DNA from: Podarcis gaigeae
Lineage: Eukaryota
Assembly: GCA_964106915.2 (NCBI GenBank)
Contig: OZ066919.1
Strand: one strand, 5' to 3'
DNA: 64,000 nucleotides
Both the position numbers and the translations under genes were made by a program. Under the pieces are notes generated by a model. The model had not been told where the DNA came from. It ran no database searches and saw nothing but the letters and a program-made list of their open reading frames with translations. This document shows, piece after piece, positions 37,141 through 50,427 of the stretch (its first letter is position 1; every line of letters starts with the position of its first letter).

Positions 37141-40100
37141 AGGCAGCAATTATGAGTTACTGATCTATTCAGCCACAGCAGGTGTTGTGATTCTGCAGTT
37201 GTTTGACTTCACCCCCCACCCCCGGTGGCACGCTCCATGAACCTAAATTACCAGTGGGACCCAGCAGCCCGCCGCTCCAATCACAGGGCTTAAGACAGCC
37301 TATAAAAGGAAAGGTGCCCCAACAGGCACCTAAGTCATTGAGGGATTTAGAAGTCAAAACTGATACCTTAAGTTGGACAGTGTAGTTGGATAGGTAGGCA
37401 GTGTAGCTCCCATAGAATTGGTGTTACAAGGCAGCATGTTAGCACTCTACCAGCATCATTTTGCACTAGCTGCATTTTCCAGACTATATTCAAGGGAAAT
37501 GCTGCAAAGACTGCACTGCAGTAGTCAAGTTAAGAGCTTACTGAGGCATGTGATGCAAAGGCAAACCAGGTGCCCCTCCCCATGGGAAAAAGAAGATAAA
37601 AACATGGACCTTTGGGACATAGTAGAGGCATCTGAGATAATCTCAGAGGTTGAAATGGTGCCAGGCAGCTGAGGAACATTACTTTCCTCATTCTTCTTTT
37701 AGTTCCCATAGTGCAAAATAAGTGTAATAGCTCAGTTTTCTGGGCATATGTGTTAGGGGTTTACAGTAGGAACCTACCATTTTCCATTGTGGGAGTTTAT
37801 GGCAGTTAGCAGAGAGAAAGAGAGTAACTTCCTCACACTCCCATTTTTCCCCACTGTCAGCAGAGCCGCCTCTCTGACCCAACATCTCTAGACAATAGTG
37901 GGCCCTCTGCTGGATCTCGGTAGGTGACCCAGTCAAGGAACCATATTACTCAAGGTCTGATGTAATCTTAATTGAATCTTTGCAATTATTTATCAGTATT
38001 ATAATATAAAACGTTCTCTCTATTGTGTGGTATTGACGTATGAATTGGCTGTTCTTGTGCCATACATAGATTTTTATTCTGTATATGTGGTTTATTCAAA
38101 CTGAGTTCTCTGAAAAGAACACTAGCACACAGCAGATTGTTTAACATAATAAACCACTATAATGATGGCATTTTACAAGCTTTTATAGCCAGTGTAAACT
38201 TGCAGCTAACTTAGCATTGAGATAAGTACATCATGCCCTGAATTGTTGTTAAGAGAGGCTGTTGTCCGCATGTGTGCACAGTTAAATAAGCTATGTAATG
38301 TATTGTCTCAACCCTGAGATTTTGCACCCAAGGAAGCTTATATTTTATTGTTGAAGAAACAAGTACAGCAAATTATTGTATGTATAAAATAATAGAAATT
38401 ATTGAAACTGCTTAGCTGCTAAGGTTATCCCAGCACACTATTTCACATCACTAGACTTGATAAATTTTAATCAACACCTTTGGGAACGTGTTTTCAGTAT
38501 CTAAATGTTTTCTTATTTCTTTTGGATATATATCTAGTGCATCTGAAATTTGGATCAATAAACTTCATTCTTGCATTACCCTGTTGTTGTTGTTTTGGCT
38601 TCTGCTTCCAGTTCCTTTTTGGAGTAACAGTTTGTTTGTTGCATATCGTGAAGAGGTAATAGCTTAATTCTAAAGCCTCATTTCAAGATGACAGTGATAA
38701 TTTATTAAACTTGTTAGTTGTTTGTTATACAAAAGGTCTCCAAGTGGCTACAACATATTTCAAGTGTGAGTAAAAATACATCACATTGATACATTTACAC
38801 AAAAATACATTTACTGGATGGGCAAGAACATTATACCTGGTAGCATTGCATGTGCCCAGCATCACATTATTCTGGTTCTTCAATATATGTATATTTTTCG
38901 CACACCAGCCAACTATCTGCCTTTAATATTGAAGCTTACCTTGCTAACAGTGTACACATGGGCATAGGGATCCAGTAGAAGTAAGATATCAAATATATTC
39001 TTTCCTATTAAGCATCACCAGGCCTTAGAGCAGCAGAATTAGGTGATCAGTTTCTTTAAAAGCATAAGTGAAAGGGATATTCTTGCTTTTGGGGAAAAAA
39101 TTCCCTGGTGTTTGTTAAAATTAATCCTGCCTTCTATTAATATAGATTGTGTAAAATGGATGCTGCTACATAAATGCAATTTGTTTCTGTAAAGCTGATC
39201 TACCTTTACAGCAAATGTAATTGGTTTGAGATAAATTGCTGATTTTTAATTTTGTGGATAATGTGAAACCTGTTGTTAACATAAATAACTTTTTGGAGAG
39301 CAATATGTAATGTTAATGACTTGGTGAGCACCTGTCCCTTGAGTAGTTACTCCATAACAAATTCCCCAAATTTTGCTTGCGTTCTGAGATTAGATTTTTT
39401 TTTTTTTGTATTTCACATTATTCCCCACATTTGTTCTCAGTTCTTTTCAGCATGTAGTGCTGTTCAAACCGAAGGCTGCATTCACGTGATCATCTCAATT
39501 TAAGACCATCATGCTTGCATGTGATCAGTTAGCAGGCATACAAGTGCCATAGCTTGTAACAGTGCAGCTAAAAACCAACACTTACTCATTAAAGAACACA
39601 GCTGTCATGGGCTGGCTTTTGGCCCTCAATCTCTTAATGGTTAAAAACAAAGCAGAGGAGATATTTAAGGAAGAGACTGTCTCCAGCAACACTTGGTGGA
39701 CATGAGAATTCCAAAGGCTCACAGAGGTCCATCACCTGCACGGACTTACCAATTTGCTTTAGGAAAGAAATTTATGTGAATGGGAACTCCATGTAACTAT
39801 TGGAACTTGCACAACACTCAAAGCTGAGGACACTCCAATACAGAATATTATTTTTGCTTTCTTTTCCCTAAGGATAAGTCAAAAAGTAAACCTGAGGGTT
39901 TTCATTAGAAGGAGATGTACCTTATAAAAATATGTGTAAAATTACCTGTTCACAATCATTGTGATATAGTGAATATGTTGTTGGGTTTTGAGTTGAGGTA
40001 CTCTATTCTGCTATTTAGACTTGCTTCCCACCCCCGGTGAAATCCTGGATGCTTGCTTGACCTCACAGTGTTTACTTACAAAAGGATATAGTAAGTTAAA

Positions 40101-41924
40101 GTCTTTGTTTATAGATGAGGCTTGCAATGTAGTTATTAACCTGAGCTTGGCATGTGCCTAGCTGGTATAACTAAGAAGACAACTGGCCTAATAGGATAAC
40201 TATTAATGTAGGTACAACCCAGAACTTAATGTCACAGCAAAGGTAGCACACTAGTCCAAAAAAATAACAAATACAAGTACCCTGATTTAGCCAGGCTTTA
40301 GGAAGAAGTGGAAGCTGCAGTGGGATCATATAAGGAGGGTCCAATATTCTGCTTGCATTGATTTGTTACGTGTGGGGTGCTGTGTGTTTCTGATGGAAAT
40401 CAGGCTGAAATTTGTTACTGGGAACTGTACAGCAGACAGCCAAGGAGCTGTTCACCGAACCATCAATGCCCTTGTAAAGCAGGTGGGCTTGTTTGGATTG
40501 AAAAAATTCTTTATTGGCAAGGATAGTGCCATCAAACTGTGAATCTGGTGATTCAGGGAAAATGCAACCACATCCAGAACAGGCTCAGTAACCTACTCCA
40601 GAATCATCAGAACTCACAAACAGTATCTCCGTTTTCTTGGATCTTTGTCTTCAGTTTGTTTTCCATTGGATCTAATCCAAAATTCCTGGGGTCTTTTATT
40701 TTCTAGTTTTATTGTGGATTTTAAAATTACTTTTATGAGTTTTTCTTCTTACTGTCCTGAGTAATACTGTAATACCACTTGGTATTGAAGGTGGGCATAA
40801 TCTTATATATTAACAACTGGGATCTGCAGCAAAACCAAGTGCCATTTTGTTTGTGGTGTACTTCTGTCCAGAATGCCAGCTAGCTATGCACCTTTTGCAG
40901 GAAACTCCATTCCATTCCATTTCCTTTACCTTAGTTTTCTCCCCATCAAACTCTGGCCCAGCAGCCATTCAGCATTCTGTGGCCCCTGAGCCTTTCAGTT
41001 GCCACTGGGCTATTTTGAGGATACATTTTTCCTCCTTCAGTTTTTTCATAAGATATTTTTCCTGCAAACTTCTGCATTCCTCCAAACCTGCTGATTCCTA
41101 CTTCTTTTGTTAGGAAAGTGAGTTTGGTATTAGCTGGACTTTCTCCTCCTCTCCCACTGGGCCATCTACTCTCAACTGCCCTGAAGGAAGGATTCCAGGA
41201 GAGAGAAGCACATAACACCTCATAGCTTCCTACTGCAGTGAAATAAAGAGAGCAGGGTATCAGCATGCTTGGGTTGACTCCAGGATTTGGAGAAATAAAG
41301 AGTTTAGGGGTGAAAAACTAAGGGGCATACCCCCAAAGCCTAATGAGGACTCCGTGGTCACAAGATGCTGAGTATCTCTTGGGGGAGAAGATTGAAAACC
41401 AGGTGGAGGATTAATGGAAAAGATATATTGAAAAAAGATATGAAATTGAGCACTTGATCTGCATCATTTTGTTGTAGATTCCTAGTAGTAATCTAGTTGA
41501 TAGGGTGACTGGAGTCTTGGAGGAATAGGTGAATAATAAGAACTAGTGATCTGCATCTGGCTAGCATAATTAAGTTTGATAGTGGTACATAGTGTTCAAG
41601 AAGACAAGCTTAAAACCTTTGAAGAAATATGGAGACTATTTTTCAATGCATCAGTGATAATGGAATGCAGTTTATTGAAGTAGTTCTTGGTGCAATTGAA
41701 GCACTTTGTTACCTTTTTCTCTTTAGCTTACTCTCCCTGTCTCTCTTCTTTTCTTTTGGAAAAAGCAACCCAGCATCATAACCTCTGTTCTAACTGGCAC
41801 TGTGACATTTCATGCAAGTCGGCAGGAGGAGGGAGAAAGGTGATGGGGCCACCTATCTGAGGAAATGAGGGGGGATGGATAAATTGTTGTGCTTACAGTT
41901 CTTGGTCACGTAGATGCTTTCTGT

Positions 41925-42010
41925 TAAGAACATAAGAAAAGCCCTGCTGTATCAGACCAAAGACCTGTCTAGTGCAGGCTTCTGTGGCTATCCAGATGCC
42001 CACAAGCTTT
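41925..42010 (-). mobile_element. CR1-like 3' tail
   Basis: taagaacataagaaaagccctgctgtatcagaccaaag is a reversed CR1-type tail. Confidence 0.7.
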
Positions 42011-42577
42011 AAACATGTTGCTGTGAAACACATTTGCTTGGGATTCGGCTCCTATCCTTGAAAAGATGAAAGATTGAATAAAATGATAGCAGGAAGGAAA
42101 ATGATGTTCTCCTGGAGAAAGCAGCACTGGTGAACATTGCCACACATTATAGGTGTTGCTGGTAGGAAAATGGAGAAACAAGGAAGCTTGTGCTTCGCTA
42201 GATGTGCATGCAAAACCATTAAAGCATTGCTTTGAGCCAGCTGGTAAGTTTGTTGGCCACCTGAGAGACAAGAAATGCCTACAAGCTTACATTCTGATCT
42301 TGTGGACTGGCATAATAAATGCAGTTGAACTTGCACCACTGTAGTTTAAAGGCACTATTTTATCTGGACACTCTGTGAGGCTATATGAGAGACTTCAGTT
42401 CCTATCCTGAGAGAATGATATGGTGAGCTTTCAGTAGCACAAGTATGCTGTATGGAGGGATAGAGGACGTGGGAAGGAATGGGAAAGCATCAGTGCAGTG
42501 GCTCATAGGATAAGCCCATAAACATGTTTTTGTAGCTGTAATTAGACCTACTTTTCTTTCAATCTTGATACTTGATA

Positions 42578-42740
42578 CAGGCAACCGCAGATTTATGCAT
42601 GTCCAATTGAAGCACGGCTGTTCACACAAGCATCGTTGCAACCCAGAAGTGATTGGAAAAGGGGGTGCATTGGGTCTATGCATGCTCCACCGTTGTGCAT
42701 GACCTGGAACCAAACCCCCATGCAGATAGGGGGTTGCCTG
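42578..42740. mobile_element. Tigger/pogo-like MITE
   Basis: TA-caggcaacc ... ggttgcctg-TA. Confidence 0.8.
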
Positions 42741-43884
42741 TAGTATATTTGAAATTTGCAACTATACAAATTTTAGTTTACATTTCAACAAAAAAAAAAA
42801 TTAGCTTTTATAATTGGTAATTCACATATGAATGATATTAACTTGATTATTTTTTGAAATTGTAAGCAAAAGTCAGTCAGCTAGATATACAGTTCATTCC
42901 AAAATGCCATGTCAATACTGTACATGTTAGATTAATTTTAGAGATGGTATTTAAAAGTACAAAGTAATAAAGCAGAATAGCCACAGGTTTTATAGAAGGT
43001 AGTAGCATCCTGATGAATGATGCTGATGACTCACTTTTCTATACAGGAAGGGGTGGGGCTGCCTTCCTTCCAACCTGGCTTGCTGTGGTGGTTGTTCTGT
43101 TAGGCATGGTCACCAATTACCGCTTACAAAACAGCTTACTGCCACCTGACCACACCGACTTGAACAATAGCTCATGAGGGTGTGGTCAGGTGGCAGTGTG
43201 AAACAGGAGCATTCAGCAATCCTGCCTCTCATTTGGCTCTTTGGCCATTTTATATACATCCTATACATAACCAGTGTTTGCAACTGTCTTAGCAAGGTAA
43301 AAGAACTAATCTTCTAAAGATAAGAGGATAGCATAGGCTGAACCCTAAATGGAAACGCTGTGTGGCTCTGCTTGAAAGTGGAGGATATACAGAACATCTT
43401 CATTTTTAAAATAACAACATTGTACTGAAATATATGCGGAGAGGACTACTTCACAGTATTGCAGTCAGGATTCTGTGTATCAGTGAAGACCTGTCCCATG
43501 ATTAGGGTCTTGATTTAGTTTTCTAACCAGGAAACAAATTCATTCTGTATGTGCAAGTGACTATCTTTCCCTTCACTGTAACTCACCTATAAAGGATTTT
43601 GCACAAAAAACTTATTTTGTTACTTACGTTTTTGCTGAGCCAGCTGAGATCTGTTCAATATCCAGCACAATATTCCTTAATTAAACAGGACAGACCTGCC
43701 TTCAGCCTTGGATTCTCCCCACCCTCCGTTCTTGTTGTCCTGGCACGCTCTTTAAAGGCTGTTGATTAGAAGTAGGAAAAAATTAGGACAGTTGAGGAGA
43801 GTTGAGAACAAATGAGATTTGGCAGATCCAGATGTGTCCTCTTGATGATCTGTTGAGAGAAGACTGGATTATGGGGAGAGGGAG

Positions 43885-44056
43885 GTGAGGGGCCACAGCT
43901 TGGTGGTAGAGCACATGCTTTGCCTGCAGAAGGACCCAGGTTGAATCTTTGGCTTCTCCAAGTAGGACTGGGAAAAGAATCATATCTAAAACCCTGGAGA
44001 GCCACTGCCAGTAAGTAGGCAATAATGACCAAGAAGCACCACAGATAGCTTCCTTT
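43885..44056 (+). mobile_element. Squam2-like tRNA-derived SINE
   Basis: ggggccacagcttggtggtagagcacatgctttgc...ggttgaatc tRNA-like head, then gtaggactgggaaa...ccctggagagccactgccagt. Confidence 0.75.
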
Positions 44057-44662
44057 GAAGGGACAGATGAAGAAAAAAGGGAACTAGGTTCTTCCGAAAA
44101 CTCTTTATTTAGTTATATAAAGTATGTATGGACAGCAACCATTTTGCACCGAGCACACATAAGCCCACTCCATTCCATCCTCTTTCGGGTTCAAAAAGAT
44201 CTCTGTGTTGACAGTTGCACAGCACCTGACGTGCAGCCGCAAATGGCTGCCACCTGTGGATGTCACCCTTCCATTTTTTAAAAAAAGTTCCAAACAGCTT
44301 CTGGCATATTTAAATTATTATTATTATTCCCCTGAAGTATTCCAGGAATTGAGTAGACCTACTGCTGTGAGAGTAAGCATGGGAACTTTGTATGCCATCC
44401 GAATCCAGACTTGTGCATTTCCTCAGTCCACACAAATCATGAGCTGTATATCCAAGACAAACCCTTTTTTCAATTGCATTTAATGTTTCTACTGAAGGCA
44501 TTTATACTTTTTGTTTTTATGATAACAGCAAAAGTCTTACCTATCAGACAAGTACTGCCTCTGTTGACTTTTTGGCACCTATTGAAAACCTTTCTCTTTC
44601 AATAAGCTTTCTGAATAGAAAAAGTCCCAGTTGGTATCTGCACTGGGTTTGAAATTATTTTA

Positions 44663-44664
<2 letters not shown>

Positions 44665-44706
<42 letters not shown>
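44665..44706. repeat. (TG)21 microsatellite
   Basis: Perfect dinucleotide run. Confidence 0.98.
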
Positions 44707-44710
<4 letters not shown>

Positions 44711-45419
44711 AAATGGTTTTATATAATGCTTTATTGTGGATATTTTTATTTTCCTTATTCTTTATTGTGAAATTGCTTCAGGCTGCTTCATAGGAAATGA
44801 TTCATATAACAATAAATAAAAGTTTAATGTTTCCAAGAACTTATGTTTCCAAGAAAGTGGGGAAATAATTCTGGGAGCTACTGAGCACATTCTTCTAAGT
44901 GATTGATGTCCCACGATACTTGGTTGTGATCTTTGTTAGAGTTAGTCAGAATATGTTCTTCTATTATTTTACTGGATGTTTCAGATTGGGTAGTTGTTAG
45001 GTTTCATTGGCTAGAAATGGCTCATCATAGTTATGTTAAGAAGAAAGGTATACCATGTAGAAACATGTAAAAAATAGCTTGTGGGAGAACTGGTTTTCTC
45101 TACTATTGTAGCCCTGTTAGTTTCAATTTGTATGAACACTGACCATGGCATTCCAGAACAAAGGTTTTCAACAGAAAAGCTTAAACTTAAAAAGTTGGAG
45201 AGAAATTCTCATACTGCTGATTAAAGAGAGAATGGTGATCCTGTCTGTTTTAGAAATATGTTAAAATAGCATTCTAGAATTGCTGCAGACTTGTGGTAAA
45301 TATTCAGCAGATGTTTTATTTGTATGTTTGAAAGCCAGTGTTTTGAAGACATGTAATTTTAGAGATGTCAATTGGTAGCATATTGCCATCCCTTCTGTTG
45401 ATGTTTTTGTATTCTCAAA

Positions 45420-45552
45420 GAGGTAGTGAATGTTGTGCCCTCCAGATGTTGTTGGACTCCAATTCCCATCAGCCAGAGCCAGCATGGCCAGCGGTCACAG
45501 AGGATGGGAGTTGGGAGTCCATTATCTGAAGGGCACTATGTTGGCTATCCCA
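45420..45552. mobile_element. hAT-type MITE, degenerate
   Basis: gccctccagatgttgttggactccaattcccatc ... gatgggagttgggagtcc...tctgaagggc core, as in the 12139 copy. Confidence 0.75.
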
Positions 45553-45769
45553 GCACTGAGGTGCTGCAGTTAAGTAACACATGATTATATGCCTCTGTGG
45601 GTTTTTTTTTTAAAGTTTTCATTCAGAAATAAAAAGCTTAAGCACTATTGACTGGAAGAAATGGTGAGTTTTGTGAGCAGCTGACTAGAAGCATTCCCCA
45701 CACCCCCTCAGTATGCATGCTCATCAGATTGGGGGGGGGGGAAATAAAATAAAATATTGAACAGTGTTC

Positions 45770-46450
45770 AACAGGAATCAATGTTGGACGCAGTGCTGTT
45801 CCAATTTCTGTTTTTTGTTCAGTTACTTGGGTGAAGGATTAGACAATATACTTATCCAGTTAATGAATGATTCTATATCAGGCAGAAATGAAACACCTTA
45901 GAAAGATGCCAGGTGGGATATCAAAATAATAAACTGGAGAGCTGCACAGATAGCAGCAAAATTAAAGCCATGAGAACAAATAAAGTGATTTGCATCAGAA
46001 ATACCTAAATTACAGGTTGAAATTTTGTGGATAACTAACTGTCTAGAAAGTCACACTTCTGAGATTATTTTGGAGGAGTGTATGGTTCATAACAGAGCTG
46101 TGTTTCATAACAGAAAATGAATCTGCAATGTGTGGCATTAAAAATTCATTAGAGGAGAGCTATAAAAAGTTCATAAAGTAAATCATATGACGAAAGATGG
46201 TAAAAACTGGGCATGTTTGTCGTGTGGAATAATCATTCATTCTATCCACCGAGAGGACATAAGGCCCATTGGGCTTAAACTAAGAGGACAGATTTAGGTT
46301 AAATACTGGGGAAAATTTCAAAACTATAATAGCAATTCAGGAAATAGAATTAGTTGCCTAAGGAATTATAGTTTGCTTACCTTGGATTTTTTATGATAAA
46401 ATTGGATAGGTATGAATTGCCTGTCAATGCCTTGCATCCTAAACACTTTA
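45770..46450 (+). mobile_element. Ancient CR1 LINE 3' remnant
   Basis: Decayed 'GSVLGPVLF' region at ~45775 and cagatttaggttaaata...ggaaaatttc (CR1 3' motif) at ~46290. Confidence 0.55.
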
Positions 46451-48360
46451 GGAATAGGCTACCTTTTCATGGTGCAAGAGCTTAGGCTAATACAGCACGG
46501 CATCCTTTTGAGCACCAGTGCTTTTCCCTGAACACTTGGTCACATAGCTACAATACTTAAAATGTAATATAATATGTAAGAGGTTGTTGTGCAGCTCTAT
46601 GGGTTTTTCTCTATAGATGATTATTTTAAGGATGTGCTGTGATTTTTACCTCTTTTAATTGTTGGAATGTTTTAATTGTATTGTACTCTTCATGGGATCA
46701 TGTAATGAATGGTGACCTAAAGTACCCTGATTAGGCTTTGCTTTTTTCCATAAATATTCAGAGGGAAGGCAGTGGCTCATATATTCCATCCAGTTTTGTC
46801 TGTAATATAAATTGCTGCCTCTGCTCTTGAAGCTAGTTGGAGCTACATATTTCTTTGTCAGTGAATGTTATTGGCGTGTATGAATGCTTTATTTTAATAG
46901 TAGAACTGCAAATCCAAAACAGTAAGGTTAGAGAGCAGGTGGTATGTGCTCATTATTAAATATTATCACTAAATGATGACGTCTTTGTTTTGTGGAGCCT
47001 TCTGTTCAGGAAAGAGGGGAGGACAGTTTTAAGAGAATATGCAGAAGAATAACAGGCACTGTAGAAAAGTGTGTTGGGGATCTGTAGTTCATTGCTTCGG
47101 AAGGTGGTTAATGAGACATTTTCTGAACATCTGCCCTAAAGTTGTAGTCTAAAGCTGGAAACATGTTTGACTCCTATATTTCTGCCAGTTAGATATTTTC
47201 CTTTTTTCCTTTCATTTAAATGTGTGGAGCTATGGGATTTGAAGCCAGAACCATGAATGGCAGGTAGCATTCAGGGTTGAGGATAAGACATGCTTGCCCA
47301 AACTGTTAGTGGGTACGAACACCAAAGAAAGAACAGGGGAACCCTCTCAGCTCTTAAACTTGTATAGGAAAACCCTTCTGAAGGCTTACAATGAAAGGTG
47401 CTTACACTTGGGCTACCCTTGGTGGATTTACAGCTTAGCTCTAGTCCCTCTTCCCAAGACCCTGCCGAGTTTGACTTCATAGTCTCACATGAACACCCCT
47501 GGAATAAATGAAGTAGCTATTTCCCAAATGCTGGGTCTTTTTGAGCTGAATGGCACATTACTGCTGAGATTCAGTCACAACAAAGATTATCAGCAGATGT
47601 ACTGACATGCAACCTGTAGTGATAGTGTCTGATCAAAGGGCTAGGTGGCCAATCTACATAATTCTACAAAACGTTGTCCTCATCCTCTGCTGCTTTCAGG
47701 TTACCTTTTCTACTTGCAATGATGAATTGCATTTTACATCTTCTCTTGACACATTATTCCTGAAGGCTCCTTTGCGGAAAGTAGATTTATATCGCTACCT
47801 GGTAAAGGCAGAGGTCTTGCAGAAATGTTTCCAGAGTCAACATTTCTTTTAGTTAGTAATTGCTCAGCAGAAGGTTGCTGTCTACATGAAGTATTTTTCT
47901 GCTATGCTGTCCCCTGGACTGGCGTCAAGGAGAAACCAAGTACTTCAGGTATTACGTATTCTTGAACTCAACAAGTCTTGCTTAATGGGACTTGATTCTA
48001 GCACCAACCTGGAAGTGCTCAAATTCAGATGTGCATATATAACACTTGAATTTTCGAAATGTACCGTATTTTTCCTTCTATAACACGCATATTTTTTCTT
48101 CTAAAAAGGAAGGGGAAATGTCTGTGCGTGTTATAGAGCGAATGTGTGGTCCCTGGAGCCGAAAAAGCATGCAAAAATCAAATCGCAGCGCTGCACGCTG
48201 CACGGAGAAACGAAACCTGAAAAGAGGAAGCGGCTGCTTTCCTGCATTCTGCCTCAGGGTCTTACTGCCCACCCCCCCTCTGTTTCGTTGCTGTGTTTGC
48301 TGAAACGGAACAAAGAGCAGGGAAAGCCCCTCCCCTCCAGGCAAGCTCCGTTGCTGCTGC

Positions 48361-48426
48361 GGGAGAGGGAGAGAGAGGGGGGAAGGGAGAGGGGGGGGGA
48401 GGGGGAGGGGGAGAGAGAGAGGGAGG

Positions 48427-48480
<54 letters not shown>
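48361..48480. repeat. Polypurine tract ending in (GA)n
   Basis: About 120 nt of only G/A. Confidence 0.97.
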
Positions 48481-48484
<4 letters not shown>

Positions 48485-48616
48485 TGGCTTGGGTGGGGGG
48501 AAACTTTTGCCTTTCTTTCCTCCCTCCCGTTAAATCCCTCTCCTGCATTCTTAGCCAGCTGCTTCTCTGCACACCCCTCTAATGTCCCTTCTTTGTTTTT
48601 CCTTCGCTCCCCACTT

Positions 48617-49305
48617 AAAATGTGGTTACAAAGCATGGATCCTCAGGATCTTTGCATTGGGTCACCCCAAATTCACCATCAGATCACATAGCATGTCCAT
48701 GGCTACAGCCTGCACCAAAAAAATCACGCACCCACTGTTGCCTGGGGCTGCAATGGTGCAAAAATGTGGTTATAAAGCATGGATCCACAGGGATTCTCAG
48801 GATCTTTGCATTGGGTCACCCCAAATTCACCATCAGATCACATAGCATGTCCATGGCTACAGCCTGCCCCCCCAAAATCACGCACCCACTGTTGCCTGGG
48901 GCTGCAATGGTGCAAAAATGTGGTTATAAAGCATGGATCCACAGGAATTCTCAGGATTTTGGCATTGGGTCACCCCAAATTCACCATCAGATCACATAGC
49001 ATGTCCATGGCTACAGCCTGCCCCCCCCAAATCACATACCCACTGTTGCCTGGGGCTGCAATGGTGCAAAAACGTGGTTACAAACCATGGATCCACATGG
49101 ATCCTCAGGATCTTTGCATTGGGTCAGCCCAAATTCACCATCAGAGCACATAGCATGTAAATGGCTACAGCCAGCCCCCCAAAAATCACGCACCCACTGT
49201 TGCCTGGGGCTGCAATGGTGCAAAAACGTGGTTACAAACCATGGATGCACAGGGATTCTCAGGATTTTTGCATTGGGTCAGCCCAAATTAACCATCAGAT
49301 CACAT
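48617..49305. repeat. 154-bp tandem repeat, ~4.5 copies
   Basis: Equivalent positions at 48765, 48919, 49073 and 49227 give an exact 154-bp period. The first unit is 10 bp shorter. Confidence 0.97.
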
Positions 49306-49739
49306 GTCTGTGGCCACAGCATGAAGCACAAAAATTATACATCCACTGTTTCATTCAGAATGTTTTTTCCCTTGTTTTCCTCCTCTAAAAACAATGTGCG
49401 TGTTATGGTCAGGTGCGTGTTATAGAGCGAAAAATACGGTAGATCAGTTATACTGAAATGTGCTGTGTTTATTGTGATGAAATTTATGCCGTTTTTGATT
49501 TGTGACCTTTCATTCATTTTAGCCATCTTCTGGTAATTGTGTGTATAAGCATCCCAAACTGACTAACTGCAAATATGAGAAACAGCTGAATCCTGAAATT
49601 TTTGTTCAGGTGTATGCCATGAGATGACTGCATTGTAGGAGGTGGTTGGTATGATACAATCAAATGTCTATATTCATCACATCTCAGTATCTTGATATTT
49701 GTTACTTTGGGTATCATAATGTGGCTTGGTTAAGATATT

Positions 49740-50172
49740 TATTTATTTATAAGATTTCTTGGTTTACAAGAGTATGTGCAATGTCTCTTTTTCAAGTTAC
49801 ATTTTCTACAGATCAGTTTCATTTGTTGAGATATTAGTGTTACATTAGGAAGAAAAGGGGGAAGGAGGTGGAGGGGGAATGGGGGGTGGGGTCGGGGTCG
49901 GATGGCAATGCTTCTGTTCTGCTTAATGTATGTGTGGGATTTTGTGTCAGCGTCGCTTGTGCAGGTTTTCTTTACTATTCGCTTGTATTCCTTTGGTGGT
50001 GAGAGAGGTTGGGGTTGGCCTAGGCTGTGGTTGTTTGTTTGTGATTGGCTGTGGCGAACTTTGTTTTCATGTGTGAGTGGGGTGGGTGGGTGTTTTTGGA
50101 TCAGATTAGCCGTATTGATTCATATGCTGTTGGTGGATTCTTGTCGTTGTCTTGTTGGGCTGTGTGTGTGAA
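49740..50172 (-). mobile_element. L1-like LINE 3' end
   Basis: Minus strand: ORF end THTAQQDNDKNPPTAYESIRLI*, C-rich 3'UTR, AATAAA/A-rich terminus. Family assignment from recall. Confidence 0.55.
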
Positions 50173-50293
50173 GTGTATAGCTTACAGCTTGAATCATCTT
50201 AAGCTACCTTCCCTGATGCAAATTTGGTAATAGGTAGATAGTCAGGATGTCCAGGTAGGATCTGTTAAGCATCCATATCCCTTTGCTCTAAAG

Positions 50294-50427
50294 CAGGGGT
50301 GGCAACTCTGTGGCCCTCTAGATGTTCTTGGGTTCCAACTCCCATCAGCAACAGATGGCCAGTAGTCTGAGATAATGGAAGCTGTGGTCCAGGAAACATC
50401 TGAAGGGCTGCATATTTATCACCCCTG
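50294..50427. mobile_element. hAT-type MITE, degenerate
   Basis: caggggtg ... cacccctg TIRs with the ggccctctagatg / catctgaagggc core. Confidence 0.8.

Larger units (their letters stand above)
48064..49439. mobile_element. Non-autonomous Tc1/mariner-pogo-type TIR element (~1.38 kb)
   Basis: TA-ccgtatttttccttctataacacgca ... tgcgtgttatagagcgaaaaatacgg-TA. No transposase ORF. Confidence 0.92.

Noticed and set aside
37750-40370. Possible additional solo LTRs (~37750-38130, ~39790-40370)
   Set aside because: Termini and TSDs could not be defined convincingly.
44234-44252. CTCF-like motifs (here, ~35760, and in SINE heads)
   Set aside because: Only the 3' half of the consensus matches; not distinguishable from chance without ChIP data.
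48617-49305. CRISPR-like regular array
   Set aside because: Whole units repeat with no unique spacers, and the context is eukaryotic.
48078-49425. Cluster of 75-164 aa ORFs
   Set aside because: They arise from the GA microsatellite and the 154-bp repeat; no transposase motifs.
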